Virus record (IMG/VR): IMGVR_UViG_3300045526_000314
Location: 1 to 33,009 of that record
From: a virus
Lineage: Duplodnaviria; Caudoviricetes
Length of the DNA stretch: 33,009 bases
Strand: one strand, 5' to 3'
The stretch's first letter is position 1. Every line of letters begins with the position of its first letter. Below the pieces are notes generated by a model, which had not been told where the DNA came from, did no database searches, and was given only the letters and a program-made list of their open reading frames with translations. A program made the translations under genes and the position numbers. This document shows positions 1-8,546 of the stretch, one piece after another.

Positions 1-3000
1 GCCGCGGCACCGTGCTCCCGGCTCGGGGCCCGCCAGAGCGACCGCGCGGGCGCATGAATCAGGCTGAGCCCACCGCCGGGGGTGAGCAGTGATTCCTGGC
101 CGAGTTCGTTGATCCGGTACGCGGCGCCCGCCTCGACCCCGCCACCAGACCAGCGGGCCTGGGGTGTGGTTGCGATCCGCTGCAGGGTGCCGAGCAGCGC
201 GGTGGCGTTGGTGTTCGCGTCGGCGTAGCCGGCTGAGAGGAGCGATGCGGCGTTGGCGGCTTGCGATGTGGAGTCTCCCACGTCCGCGATGGTCGCCTTA
301 AGAGTGACGCTTGCACCTCCGGCCTCGATTATTCCCGTCGTTATCTCTCTGAATCCTTGAGATATACCTACAACCGAATTTGCGGCAGAATCCAACCTAT
401 CTAGAGAATTTGACAGATTGCCTTCCCATCCTTTTGATGCGGCTTGCGCCCTCAGCCCATTGGCCGTTGCTTGCTGCTGAAGTCCAAGCGTTTGCCGTTC
501 AATGCCGAAAATCGTACCCAACGTGTTGATCCTGTCAACATCGCTTTGCACCTGCTGCTGCGCAAGCCCAACCGCCTGTCTCTGCAAGCTCACCTGCTGG
601 CCAACCATTCCGCGTTCCGCGGGCGAAAGGCTCGGGTCCATGAGCTTGCTTTGCAGCTCAAGCAGTTTCTGTTGCTGCTGAAGCTCGTTTTGGCGCGAAG
701 CGCGAAGAGACGACTGGGCTTCAATCGCTTGCTGCACTTGCTTCAGCTTCAGGATTCTCTGTTCCATTACAAAGCGCTGCGCCATTCCATCTATCTGAGC
801 CTCCATCGCCTTGAACTCAATATGAGCGGCCCCGCGCTTGAGCGATGCAATGTACTGCTCTTGCCTTCCGATTTCCTGCGTTGAAGCCCCTCGATTCCGC
901 ATTAGCTGCAGTTGTTCTTCTGCAGAGCGAATCTCGTAATTCTGCCGTGCCGAAGACACGGAGTACTGAGATTGAACAAGATCTTGCTGTGCTTGCCCAA
1001 GCGCCGATATTGCACTAGCGATCTCCAACTGCGTCCGCAACCGCGACAACGCGATCTGCCCCGCCTTGTCTTCCAGGTCGATGGTGGTCTGCGCAACCTG
1101 CAGCCGCGAGATCGCCAGTTCCAGAATCTTCCGGCGCCGCTCAACCTCGGCCTGGGAGCCGGCCTGCTCGGCTTTGGCGATCTCAACGACCTTGGCGGCG
1201 CGTTCGGCCTGAGCGGCGAGGATCTGTTTCTCGTTGCTGGCCCCGGCAGCGCGGGCTTTCTCCAGGCTGGCGATCAGCGCGTCGTAGCCGGCGACCTCCT
1301 GCCGCAGGGTGTTGAGCCGCAACGCGCCGGCCTGGCGGTCTGCGTCGGCTTGGGTGAGCTTGCCGGTGGTGACCTTCTGGATTAGGGCCGCTTCGGCCTC
1401 CAGCGCCTGGATTTGGCCCTGCTGGGAGGTTTTGCCGAGGGCCTCGCGGCGGGCTTTGGCCTGTTCTTCGAGCTTGGTGGTGAGGGCGTTGGCGGCGGAG
1501 GCTTCGGCATTGGCCTCTCCGACCCGATCGCGCCTGCCGGCCGCAAACTTCTTGGCCAGCGGGTCGATATTCTTCAGAAGTGCTTCAATGGTGCGAGCAT
1601 CTTCCTTGGTTGCACGTCCATCAATACCCAAAAACTGGGCGATAGCGCTCTTGCTCAGCGGCCCCTGCTGCTGGCTCATCGCCTTAGCTTGGCTGAATAT
1701 ATTGCGCGCTTCTTGATCAGTTAGGTTGTATTTCTTCTGGGCAAGGTTCAGCTCGGAAACAACTTGAGCGGCCTGGTTGGATATTCCACCGATGCCAGCC
1801 TCAAACCCAAGCCCCCTGCCCTGCCCCTGCAACTTCAGCTCAGCCAGTGCCGCCGTCAGCTGCTTGACCGCGCTCGTGATCGTCGGCAGCAGATTCTGCC
1901 CGAACGAAACCTGCAATTCCTCCCAAGCATTCTGAAACCGCTGCAGATTCTGCGCTGCGGTCGGCGCGCCCTGTGCCCCGGCGGTGAGCTCGTTGAGACC
2001 TTTGGTGAATGCGGGGAAGAACTTGGTGGCCGACAGCTGGCCGGTTTCTACCAGCTTCACCAGGTCCTTGATGGACATATTCAAGCCTTTTGCGGTTGCC
2101 GCCAGCGCGATCGGCAGCCGTTCCCCCAACTGCTGCCGCAACTCCTCCATCGAGACCGTGCCCTTGGATGCGATCTGCTGCAGCGCCAGGAATGCACCGT
2201 TCACCTCATCGGTGGAGAGGCCCAACGCCATCCCCGCCCGCGACACCGCGGTGAACAGCTCCTGCTGCTGCCCGATCGGCACGTTTGCCGCGGTCGCTGC
2301 CGCCGTGAACCGGCCGTAGGACCCCACCAAGTCGCGGAACGACAGGCCCAGCTGGTCACTGGTGGACCGCAAGAACCCCAGCGCCGCGCCGGCACCCTGA
2401 GGGCCGAGGGTGTTCGTCAGGCGGCGGGTTGCGGTTTCGAGCTGGATCGCCTGCGAAATCGACTCGCGGAAGAACCCGGTGACGGCCGCGCCAGCACTGA
2501 ACCCACCCACCAGTGCAAGGGCGGAGCGCATCAGGCCCATCCCGCGCGCGGCGATCCCGCCAGCCTCGCCGGCTTTGCGCAGCTCGCGTTCGACCCCGCG
2601 GATCTCGCGCTGCAGATCCTGGAACCGCTTGGAGTTGATCGCGGTGCGGCTCAGTTCGTCGTTGAGCTGCCCCAGCTGCGTCCGCAGCGCCAGGATGCTG
2701 CCGGGGTCGGCGTTCAGGGTGATCTTCCGGCGCTCGATCGCTTGCAGTAGGCCCTCAATCTCGCGGATCCTGACGCCAGCCTTGTCAAACGCTGATGAAT
2801 CGATCGCGACACGGGTTTGCCGGCGCTCCAGTCGCGCGAGCTCCGCCTGCAGTGCCGCGATGCTGCGATTTGACGCACCGCGGACACCCTCGTCAATCCC
2901 CTTTCCAATCGCCCGCCCCGACTCCGCCGCCCTGGCGTCGAGCTTGTCGAAGGCCCGCAGCAGCTCAGAGAAGTCGCCGCCGACCGTGAACCGGTATTCA

Positions 3001-3005
3001 GCCAT
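1..3005 (-). CDS. Tail tape measure protein (3' end runs off the window, >1000 aa)
   Basis: Not in the ORF track because no stop is reached. Manual translation from ATG 3005 gives MAEYRFTVGGDFSELLRAFDKLDARAAESG..., the tape-measure motif 'AFLALQQIASKGTVSMEELRQQLGERLPIALAATAKGL', long Ala/Gln/Glu coiled coils and 'ARWSGGGVEAGAAYRINELGQE' near the edge. Confidence 0.93.
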   Translation of the reverse strand, partial: MAEYRFTVGGDFSELLRAFDKLDARAAESGRAIGKGIDEGVRGASNRSIAALQAELARLERRQTRVAIDSSAFDKAGVRIREIEGLLQAIERRKITLNADPGSILALRTQLGQLNDELSRTAINSKRFQDLQREIRGVERELRKAGEAGGIAARGMGLMRSALALVGGFSAGAAVTGFFRESISQAIQLETATRRLTNTLGPQGAGAALGFLRSTSDQLGLSFRDLVGSYGRFTAAATAANVPIGQQQELFTAVSRAGMALGLSTDEVNGAFLALQQIASKGTVSMEELRQQLGERLPIALAATAKGLNMSIKDLVKLVETGQLSATKFFPAFTKGLNELTAGAQGAPTAAQNLQRFQNAWEELQVSFGQNLLPTITSAVKQLTAALAELKLQGQGRGLGFEAGIGGISNQAAQVVSELNLAQKKYNLTDQEARNIFSQAKAMSQQQGPLSKSAIAQFLGIDGRATKEDARTIEALLKNIDPLAKKFAAGRRDRVGEANAEASAANALTTKLEEQAKARREALGKTSQQGQIQALEAEAALIQKVTTGKLTQADADRQAGALRLNTLRQEVAGYDALIASLEKARAAGASNEKQILAAQAERAAKVVEIAKAEQAGSQAEVERRRKILELAISRLQVAQTTIDLEDKAGQIALSRLRTQLEIASAISALGQAQQDLVQSQYSVSSARQNYEIRSAEEQLQLMRNRGASTQEIGRQEQYIASLKRGAAHIEFKAMEAQIDGMAQRFVMEQRILKLKQVQQAIEAQSSLRASRQNELQQQQKLLELQSKLMDPSLSPAERGMVGQQVSLQRQAVGLAQQQVQSDVDRINTLGTIFGIERQTLGLQQQATANGLRAQAASKGWEGNLSNSLDRLDSAANSVVGISQGFREITTGIIEAGGASVTLKATIADVGDSTSQAANAASLLSAGYADANTNATALLGTLQRIATTPQARWSGGGVEAGAAYRINELGQESLLTPGGGLSLIHAPARSLWRAPSREHGAA

Positions 3006-3426
3006 CTGCGCTCACCACCACGGTCGGATTCGTGAATACGATTGCAACCTGATCCACAACGCCCATCCCGCCGCCGCCGGTGTTCGGGGTCTGCTGCGCA
3101 CCTGGCAGGATCGCCACGATGCGGTTGCACACCTGGATCAGCGGCCCCAGCGACCCCGACCCCCAGGCGAGCACGTAGATACGCCAGGTCGGGTTCAGCA
3201 AGGTTTCCTCGGTGATCATCACCTGAGCCGCTCCAGTCGGAACCCGGGTGATCGTGATTTCGATTCCACCAGGGGAGATCCCCTCGGGCAGGCTCTCGTT
3301 CTGCGCCAGCACGGACATAGCCGGCGCCGTGGTCCCATCCGCGAGCGTGTAGATGCCCAGCGCTGCGGACACCACCGGATCGGCTGCCAGCAGGTCGTAG
3401 ATCTCCTCTGCGGTGGTCGGCAGCAC
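2998..3426 (-). CDS. Probable tail completion/terminator-like virion protein (142 aa, GTG start preferred over 3558)
   Basis: LPTTAEEIYDLLAADPVVSAALG...; lies between the major tail gene and the TMP and overlaps the TMP start; GGAAAACT motif 21 nt upstream of GTG 3426. Confidence 0.6.
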   Translation of the reverse strand: MLPTTAEEIYDLLAADPVVSAALGIYTLADGTTAPAMSVLAQNESLPEGISPGGIEITITRVPTGAAQVMITEETLLNPTWRIYVLAWGSGSLGPLIQVCNRIVAILPGAQQTPNTGGGGMGVVDQVAIVFTNPTVVVSADG

Positions 3427-3484
3427 GCGATGGGGTGGGGCTACCTGAGTTTTCCTGTCAGACTGCGGCAGATGCCACGCACCG

Positions 3485-3661
3485 ATGGACCCACTCGCCC
3501 TGACCCCAGCACAGGCCTTCGATCTGGAGCGCATGAGCCGCGCGATCGATGCCACCACCGACGTACCAGCCCTGCAGTACCTGGCGAAACAGCTGCTGCA
3601 GGCCTGGCACTCGCAACGCGCCGCAACGGCGTGGGTGATGCGGCAGGGGCTGGGGAGGTGA
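3485..3661 (+). CDS. nblA: NblA-like phycobilisome degradation adaptor (58 aa)
   Basis: Manual translation MDPLALTPAQAFDLERMSRAIDATTDVPALQYLAKQLLQAWHSQRAATAWVMRQGLGR. Two-helix pattern L-T-x-x-Q-x-F-x-L-E-R...L...L-x-x-A-W-x-x-Q...W-V-M-R-Q and size match picocyanobacterial/cyanophage NblA; fills the gap between two tail genes. Confidence 0.78.
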   Translation: MDPLALTPAQAFDLERMSRAIDATTDVPALQYLAKQLLQAWHSQRAATAWVMRQGLGR

Positions 3662-3680
3662 TCCCAGCCCTGACTTCACG

Positions 3681-4532
3681 TCACCCCATCACACTCCAGT
3701 CGATCCCATAGGGACCGTAGCCTTTCACCTGGTTCGTGAACTTCACGATGGAACCGGCTTCGTTCGATTCCTCGAAACCAGTGAATCGGCCATAGCCGAA
3801 CGTGGTTTCTTTCTTGCCGCGGGGGCCGATCTTCGCAAACTTGATCATCAGGCCCTCTTCCACCGACCGCTTCGACGCAATACGCATCAGGCGGTAGGCA
3901 GCGTCGTCCTGATCGATCACGCCACCAACGGCGACGTTGTAGGACTTGCCGGTGGCAATCGACGTATCGAACGACCGGGATTCATCGTCGTACGTCTGAA
4001 CCGTCTCTTCCGATTCGCCCTCGCTGGTGGGCAGGTTCGTCAGGCCAAGCAGGCGGATCGGCGGATCGGTGCCATCGAGCTTCAACGCCGTTCCGGTGAC
4101 GGTGCCGGCGGCGACGGTGGCCTCGGTGATCGCGGTGCCTACCAGGTCGTAGGTCAGGGTGAACGGCGCGGACGTGGTGGCAGCCTTCACCGTGAATACG
4201 CCGTTGAGGGCGGCAAACGGCGACGGCAGGTCCTGCACGGCAACGGTGGATCCAACCGCGAAACCATGGGCCGCCGCAAACGTCAGCGTCGCCTCGGCGG
4301 TGGTCGCAGCGGCCTTCGTGACGGCCTTGGACGATCCGGCAATGATCTTGAACGTGCTGCCGGTGCCGACCGCAGCGACGGCGCTGGTATTGGACAGCAG
4401 CGTGCTGATGTCCATGAACTTCTCAGTGCCGGTGCCGATCCCGTTGCCGTCAACGATCTTCGTTAGGTCGATCACCGACCCTTTGATGATCTGAAAGTAG
4501 AACTTGTAGCCGAATGCCTGGCTGTAGGCCAT
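3681..4532 (-). CDS. Major tail (tube) protein with an internal beta-rich insertion
   Basis: 283 aa; tail-tube-like C-terminal half (LTNLPTSEGESEETVQTYDD...TTFGYGRFTGFEESNEAGSIVKFTNQVKGYG); position in the tail module. Confidence 0.82.
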   Translation of the reverse strand: MAYSQAFGYKFYFQIIKGSVIDLTKIVDGNGIGTGTEKFMDISTLLSNTSAVAAVGTGSTFKIIAGSSKAVTKAAATTAEATLTFAAAHGFAVGSTVAVQDLPSPFAALNGVFTVKAATTSAPFTLTYDLVGTAITEATVAAGTVTGTALKLDGTDPPIRLLGLTNLPTSEGESEETVQTYDDESRSFDTSIATGKSYNVAVGGVIDQDDAAYRLMRIASKRSVEEGLMIKFAKIGPRGKKETTFGYGRFTGFEESNEAGSIVKFTNQVKGYGPYGIDWSVMG

Positions 4533-4627
4533 GGTGGAAAATCTTGGTCCTCACCCTGATCAGTCCGCCCCGGCTTAAGCCGATCCCACGGCTTACAGGA
4601 AACCTCAGGTAACCCACCCCTAACCCG

Positions 4628-4888
4628 TTGGCCTGTTACCCCCGCGGCGTGTGCTACTGCCCGCACGTCAAGCGCAAACCATTCCAGGCCCGCGTCTGGT
4701 ACCAGGGCCGGTACTGGAGCCTGGGCTATGCCGCGACGATCAACCAGGCGGCGGAGATGGTGAGTCGGGTGTATGCGGAGATTGAGGAGTGGCGAGAGAT
4801 GCAGCTTCCTCCGCCCACACTGCTGCCCATGATTCAGGAGCGGGCACAGAGAGCATCCAAGTTGCCTCAGGATCTTCCGCCGCCTTGA
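4628..4888 (+). CDS. Stand-alone AP2-domain-like DNA-binding protein
   Basis: YPRGV...FQARVWYQGRYWSLGYAATINQAAE fits the AP2 pattern RGV..W.ARI...G....LG.F.T...AA; GGAAACCT motif 22 nt upstream. Confidence 0.65.
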   Translation: MACYPRGVCYCPHVKRKPFQARVWYQGRYWSLGYAATINQAAEMVSRVYAEIEEWREMQLPPPTLLPMIQERAQRASKLPQDLPPP

Positions 4889-5423
4889 ACTCGCGGTCCT
4901 GCCCCGCGGCGGTGTCTTCGGCGATCAGAAACCCGGCCCAGCCCGTTGCCGTCAGTTTCGGCGCCAGCAGGATGGCGTCGTCTGCCACCAGGGCGAGACG
5001 TGCCGGCGGTGGGTGATCGCGGCCGGCGGCGGAGAGGGGCTCGTAGAACGCCATGGCGAACCCAGGTAGCTGCTTCCGCGCGACAAGCGCCAGCAGGGCA
5101 GCACCGGCCTCGCGTGGTGGCTGATCGCCAGGCTCAGCACGCCGGAACAGGTACAGATCGCTCAGCTGCGGGATGGCCGCCGCATCGGTCACGTTGAGCG
5201 CCACAAGCCGCTGATGCAGCAGCGCGATCGGCTGCTCTGCCCGATGCGCCTCGTCTAGCCGGCGCTCTTCGCCCCGCTCGATCGCCTCGATGACGAACGG
5301 GACCGGGAGCCACGCGAACCGCTCGCGAGAGTAGGTGGGGTCTCCGGGCCAGAGCTGCTGGCAGCGCCAGTAGAGGTCTCCCCAGTCGAGGCCTCCGGCG
5401 GGCTTGCCGCCTGAGGCCCGAGC
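4740..5423 (-). CDS. Tail assembly chaperone, -1 frameshift extension (gpT-like part of a ~412-aa G-T fusion)
   Basis: The -1 frame is open from the slippery site at 5423 (ARASGGKPAGGLDWGDLYWRCQQLWPGD...) straight into track ORF 4740..5204. Confidence 0.8.
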   Translation of the reverse strand, partial: ARASGGKPAGGLDWGDLYWRCQQLWPGDPTYSRERFAWLPVPFVIEAIERGEERRLDEAHRAEQPIALLHQRLVALNVTDAAAIPQLSDLYLFRRAEPGDQPPREAGAALLALVARKQLPGFAMAFYEPLSAAGRDHPPPARLALVADDAILLAPKLTATGWAGFLIAEDTAAGQDREFKAAEDPEATWMLSVPAPESWAAVWAEEAASLATPQSPHTPDSPSPPPG

Positions 5424-5977
5424 TTTCCCAGTGTTTCCATCATGTCGCTGAGGATTTCCTCGGGATCCCGTTTCGGCATGCCGGTGTCGGCCTCCTCGTC
5501 TGCGAACTGCGCGAGCGCGGCAATCAGCGGTCGTGGCAGTTTGGACGTGGTGTCGCTGTCGGACCAGGCCCCTTGCCCGGGCACGCGAAACCGAATCATC
5601 GCGGTGGCCTTGCGGGTCTGCTGCGCGTCGTAGGCCTCGGAGAGGGTAGAGCGCACCTCGGCCACCAAAGTGGCGTGCTTGATCGCGGCGCGGCGTTCAT
5701 CCTCGGTGAGCGCCGTCGGAATCCCGATCTGCACCGCGGCGAGGCGGGTGCCGGAGGCCTCAGCCTGCTCCGGCGCGAACCCCTCGGCCAACAGCGCATC
5801 GGCCAGCAGCATCGCCTGGAGGGTTACCAGGTCGTTGTAGGCGTGCGGCGCGATGTGGAGGTGTTCGCCGCCGAGCAGCGCGCCGTAGCTGGGCAGGTCG
5901 ATGCTGACGGTCTCACCGCGAACAACGGCTGACACGGTGCGAACCTCAGGCTCGGGGCCCGTAACAAAAGGCAGCAT
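5255..5977 (-). CDS. Tail assembly chaperone (gpG-like)
   Basis: 240 aa; Gly-Lys encoded by G GGA AAG, followed by a low-complexity Ser/Arg tail typical of the region overlapping the shifted frame. Confidence 0.78.
   Translation of the reverse strand: MLPFVTGPEPEVRTVSAVVRGETVSIDLPSYGALLGGEHLHIAPHAYNDLVTLQAMLLADALLAEGFAPEQAEASGTRLAAVQIGIPTALTEDERRAAIKHATLVAEVRSTLSEAYDAQQTRKATAMIRFRVPGQGAWSDSDTTSKLPRPLIAALAQFADEEADTGMPKRDPEEILSDMMETLGKLGPQAASPPEASTGETSTGAASSSGPETPPTLASGSRGSRSRSSSRRSSGAKSAG
5423..5429 (-). other. Programmed -1 ribosomal frameshift site GGGAAAG
   Basis: ctttccc on the + strand; same heptamer and register as the lambda G/GT site; -1 frame stays open for 227 codons. Confidence 0.88.
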
Positions 5978-6048
5978 TGTGAGGTGGGTAGGTACTGGGA
6001 GGTTTCCCGGATCTGCGGTACGATGTCATCGTCACGCAATCAAGCCAC

Positions 6049-6234
6049 ATGCATCCCGTCAACACTGTTTCCCTGATGGTGGACTGCGCCTGCATTCTAG
6101 CCGCTGCCTCGATTGGATATTGGCTGGCAAAGCCAAGCATGGAAGGATTCATGCCCGGGTTTGCATTTATCGCCATCGGGCTTGCATCGTTCATGCTTAT
6201 AGTTAACGCATTCCTGCGGCTCAAGGATTCCTAG
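6049..6234 (+). CDS. Small two-TM membrane protein (61 aa), inverted insertion
   Basis: Two hydrophobic stretches; TACGAT at 6019-6024, 24 nt upstream; visibly lower GC than the flanks. Confidence 0.5.
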   Translation: MHPVNTVSLMVDCACILAAASIGYWLAKPSMEGFMPGFAFIAIGLASFMLIVNAFLRLKDS

Positions 6235-6668
6235 GATTTCGCCCGCATATACCCCATCCAGACATCCCGCAATCGCTTCTCAAACGGAAACGGCTCCAGC
6301 CCTGCGACCCGTTCAGTCCCCATGACGGCGCGGGTCCAGGGGCGGGGCGGAAGGATGGTGCGGCCGATCACGGCGCCTTCGTGCACCGGCGTGGCGTACA
6401 CCGCAGACCAGAGGTAGCTGGCGACGTACGGGCCGTTCTGTTGCCAGCTGTGCGACTGCCTGAGGTTTGCCGTATCGATGATGTTGCGCGGACTGCCGGC
6501 GATGGCACCACCACCTCGCACCGTCTGCCGCGGCCACTGCCACACGTTCGCCGTGAATGACTGCTGAAACGCCGCCGACAGCTCGCCGAACACGATGGCC
6601 GACGCGCGCTGCGCAGATCGCTCCGCCTGGGCCCGCAGGCTGCCCTCAACCCGGCAGGTGATGCTCAC
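6231..6668 (-). CDS. Neck/tail component, HK97 gp10-like
   Basis: 'PRNIIDTANLRQS...YATPVHEG...PPRPW' matches the DTG.LR.S / Y...VE.G / P.RPF pattern of this family; position fits. Confidence 0.72.
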   Translation of the reverse strand: MSITCRVEGSLRAQAERSAQRASAIVFGELSAAFQQSFTANVWQWPRQTVRGGGAIAGSPRNIIDTANLRQSHSWQQNGPYVASYLWSAVYATPVHEGAVIGRTILPPRPWTRAVMGTERVAGLEPFPFEKRLRDVWMGYMRAKS

Positions 6669-7141
6669 CCTGCTACCTGCAGCTCAATGCTGATCTTGTC
6701 GCCGATCAGCTCGCGGATCTGCGATCCGATGCCACCAGGGCCGAACGGATCCGACAGCATCGTGATGGACACCTCGCCCTGCAGTGCCGGCCCGGTGAGC
6801 AGCGGCAGGTCTTCGAGCTTCGCGATCAGCCCGCGGCCTCCCATGCCGACGCGGAGGCCATCGGGCGCCAGGCCGGTGTCGTTCCAGGTGAACCCGGAGC
6901 TTGCCGCGGTGATCGCCGTGGCGGCTGGGACCTCAGCCCAGGCCGTGATGTAACCGCCCATCACGCGGGTCTTGGGATCGATCGAGGGGAGCTCCGCGGC
7001 GCCGCCGGTGGGCCCCTTGGCGTAGACGTGAATCAGCCAGGCCGCGGTGCTGGATGGCACCCCGTCGCGGAAGTTCACCACCGCGGCGGGTTTGCCGATC
7101 AGGAGCCGAACATTGCTGTATTCGTAGAACTCGGTCGCCAT
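6665..7141 (-). CDS. Probable head-closure/head-tail virion protein (158 aa, start MATEFYEY)
   Basis: ATG 7141 lies 2 nt after the upstream stop; beta-rich; coupled to the next gene by an overlapping GTGA. Confidence 0.55.
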   Translation of the reverse strand: MATEFYEYSNVRLLIGKPAAVVNFRDGVPSSTAAWLIHVYAKGPTGGAAELPSIDPKTRVMGGYITAWAEVPAATAITAASSGFTWNDTGLAPDGLRVGMGGRGLIAKLEDLPLLTGPALQGEVSITMLSDPFGPGGIGSQIRELIGDKISIELQVAG

Positions 7142-7143
7142 GG

Positions 7144-7626
7144 TCAGCTGCGAACCAGGGAGCCGGCGCCATACCCACCGGCGGGGCGGAGGCCAATGGC
7201 GCTGAAGATCCGCCCGTACAGGCCCGCCAGGCGCGCAGATCGCTGGCCCGACTTCGTGCTGCTGGCGGCACCGGAGGCGACGATGCGGGTCTTGAGCAGG
7301 TCCGGCGACCACTCCAGTACGTCGGCTTTGATGAGCCGATCCTGCCGGGTGAGTTTCACACCAGGCGCGACGCCTTCATACTCGGCGACATCGCCGAGAT
7401 GTGCCGTGCCATCAGACACCTCGTCTGCCCAGTCCTGTGTCAGCGTGTCGATTTCATCCATCCAACCCTGAATCGCCACGACCGTTTCCGGCGAATCCCC
7501 CGCGAGGCGATTCATCGCCCCGGTGAGCTGCGTGAGGTTGTAGCCGGTCGCCGGCCAGGCCAGGTACTGCCTGAGGGTTTCCCGATCGGTGGAGCGCCAG
7601 GGGGCGGAGGGGGTGGGTAGTGCCAC
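7144..7626 (-). CDS. Probable head-tail connector/adaptor
   Basis: 160 aa, helical N-terminus, first gene of the neck operon; GGCAAACT motif 22 nt upstream. Confidence 0.55.
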   Translation of the reverse strand: MALPTPSAPWRSTDRETLRQYLAWPATGYNLTQLTGAMNRLAGDSPETVVAIQGWMDEIDTLTQDWADEVSDGTAHLGDVAEYEGVAPGVKLTRQDRLIKADVLEWSPDLLKTRIVASGAASSTKSGQRSARLAGLYGRIFSAIGLRPAGGYGAGSLVRS

Positions 7627-7687
7627 GCTGCGAGGCTGTCCTACCCACAGTTTGCCTGTAACCTAAGGCATCCCCACCACCTGCGCC

Positions 7688-7885
7688 ATGCCCTCACCCG
7701 TTACCGCCGTCGGAAGGCTGCTCAGGCCGACGCAAGGCGAACCCCGCCGGCATAGGGTGATCCGGGTGCATGCTGATGGCCGGGTGACCACGAAAATCGA
7801 TTGCCCCATTCTCGATGCCCCGCAAGAAACCCACCAAGGCACAGGCGAAGGTCGCGCGCGTGATGCGCGAGTTCAAGACCGGTAA
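7688..7885 (+). CDS. Hypothetical protein
   Basis: ATG with a C/A-rich leader and TGTAACCT at 7657-7664; overlaps the next gene by ~70 nt. Confidence 0.35.
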   Translation: MPSPVTAVGRLLRPTQGEPRRHRVIRVHADGRVTTKIDCPILDAPQETHQGTGEGRARDARVQDR

Positions 7886-8006
7886 GCTCCGCAGCGGCAA
7901 GCCCGGCCCCGGCAAGGGCCCGAATGTCACCAGCCGGAAGCAGGCCGTGGCCATCGCCATGAGCGAGGCCGGCATGACGCGGAAACGGAAGCGCCGGGCA
8001 AACTGA
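7815..8006 (+). CDS. DUF6496-like small basic protein
   Basis: 'KVARVMREFKTGKLRSG...GPNVTSRKQAVAIAMSEAG' is the recognisable family motif. Confidence 0.78.
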   Translation: MPRKKPTKAQAKVARVMREFKTGKLRSGKPGPGKGPNVTSRKQAVAIAMSEAGMTRKRKRRAN

Positions 8007-8029
8007 GTGTAGGTCACTCTCCCGAAATC

Positions 8030-8542
8030 ATGGCCCGTTCGTATAGGCGCGACAGCAACGGCAGGTTCTCCTCTGGTGGCGGCAGCAGTGCCAAGGCCAG
8101 CGGTGGCGCCAGGGCAGCAGCAGGCCTGAAGGCCGCTGCCACCCGATCCGCCAACACCGCCCGCGCTGCTGCGCTCAAGGCGAAGGGGACGACGATGCTC
8201 GGCAAACGCATCAAGCCGAAGGGGTTCACCGGCGGCAAGGCAGCTCAGAAGCGCGCCGGTGGCCTGATGCTGCCGAACAACCCGCGCCGCAACCTGCCGA
8301 AGGGCAAGCGCTCGACCTGGCGCAGCGCCCCGGCGGCGTCGAAGCCGGCCGCGAAGAAACCTGCCAAGATGAGCAAGGCTCCCGTCACCAAGGCGAAAGC
8401 CGCGTACAAGGCGGCCACCAGCAAGGTGAGGGAGCTGAAGATGTACCGGGGCGGCAGGACTGACGCCGTGGTCAAGGCCGCGCAGGCGAGGGTCGCCCGC
8501 ATGGAGAAGAACCGCGGCGTTTCCCGCAAGCGCAAGCGCTGA
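8030..8542 (+). CDS. Lys/Arg/Ala-rich basic (histone-H1-like composition) protein
   Basis: 170 aa, almost no acidic residues; N-terminal RDxxGRF motif; GGGCAAACT 25 nt upstream. Confidence 0.7.
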   Translation: MARSYRRDSNGRFSSGGGSSAKASGGARAAAGLKAAATRSANTARAAALKAKGTTMLGKRIKPKGFTGGKAAQKRAGGLMLPNNPRRNLPKGKRSTWRSAPAASKPAAKKPAKMSKAPVTKAKAAYKAATSKVRELKMYRGGRTDAVVKAAQARVARMEKNRGVSRKRKR

Positions 8543-8546
8543 GGTC

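Noticed and set aside
444-3711. Several long plus-strand ORFs (146-433 aa)
   Set aside because: Antisense to the tape measure and tail genes; low-information translations.
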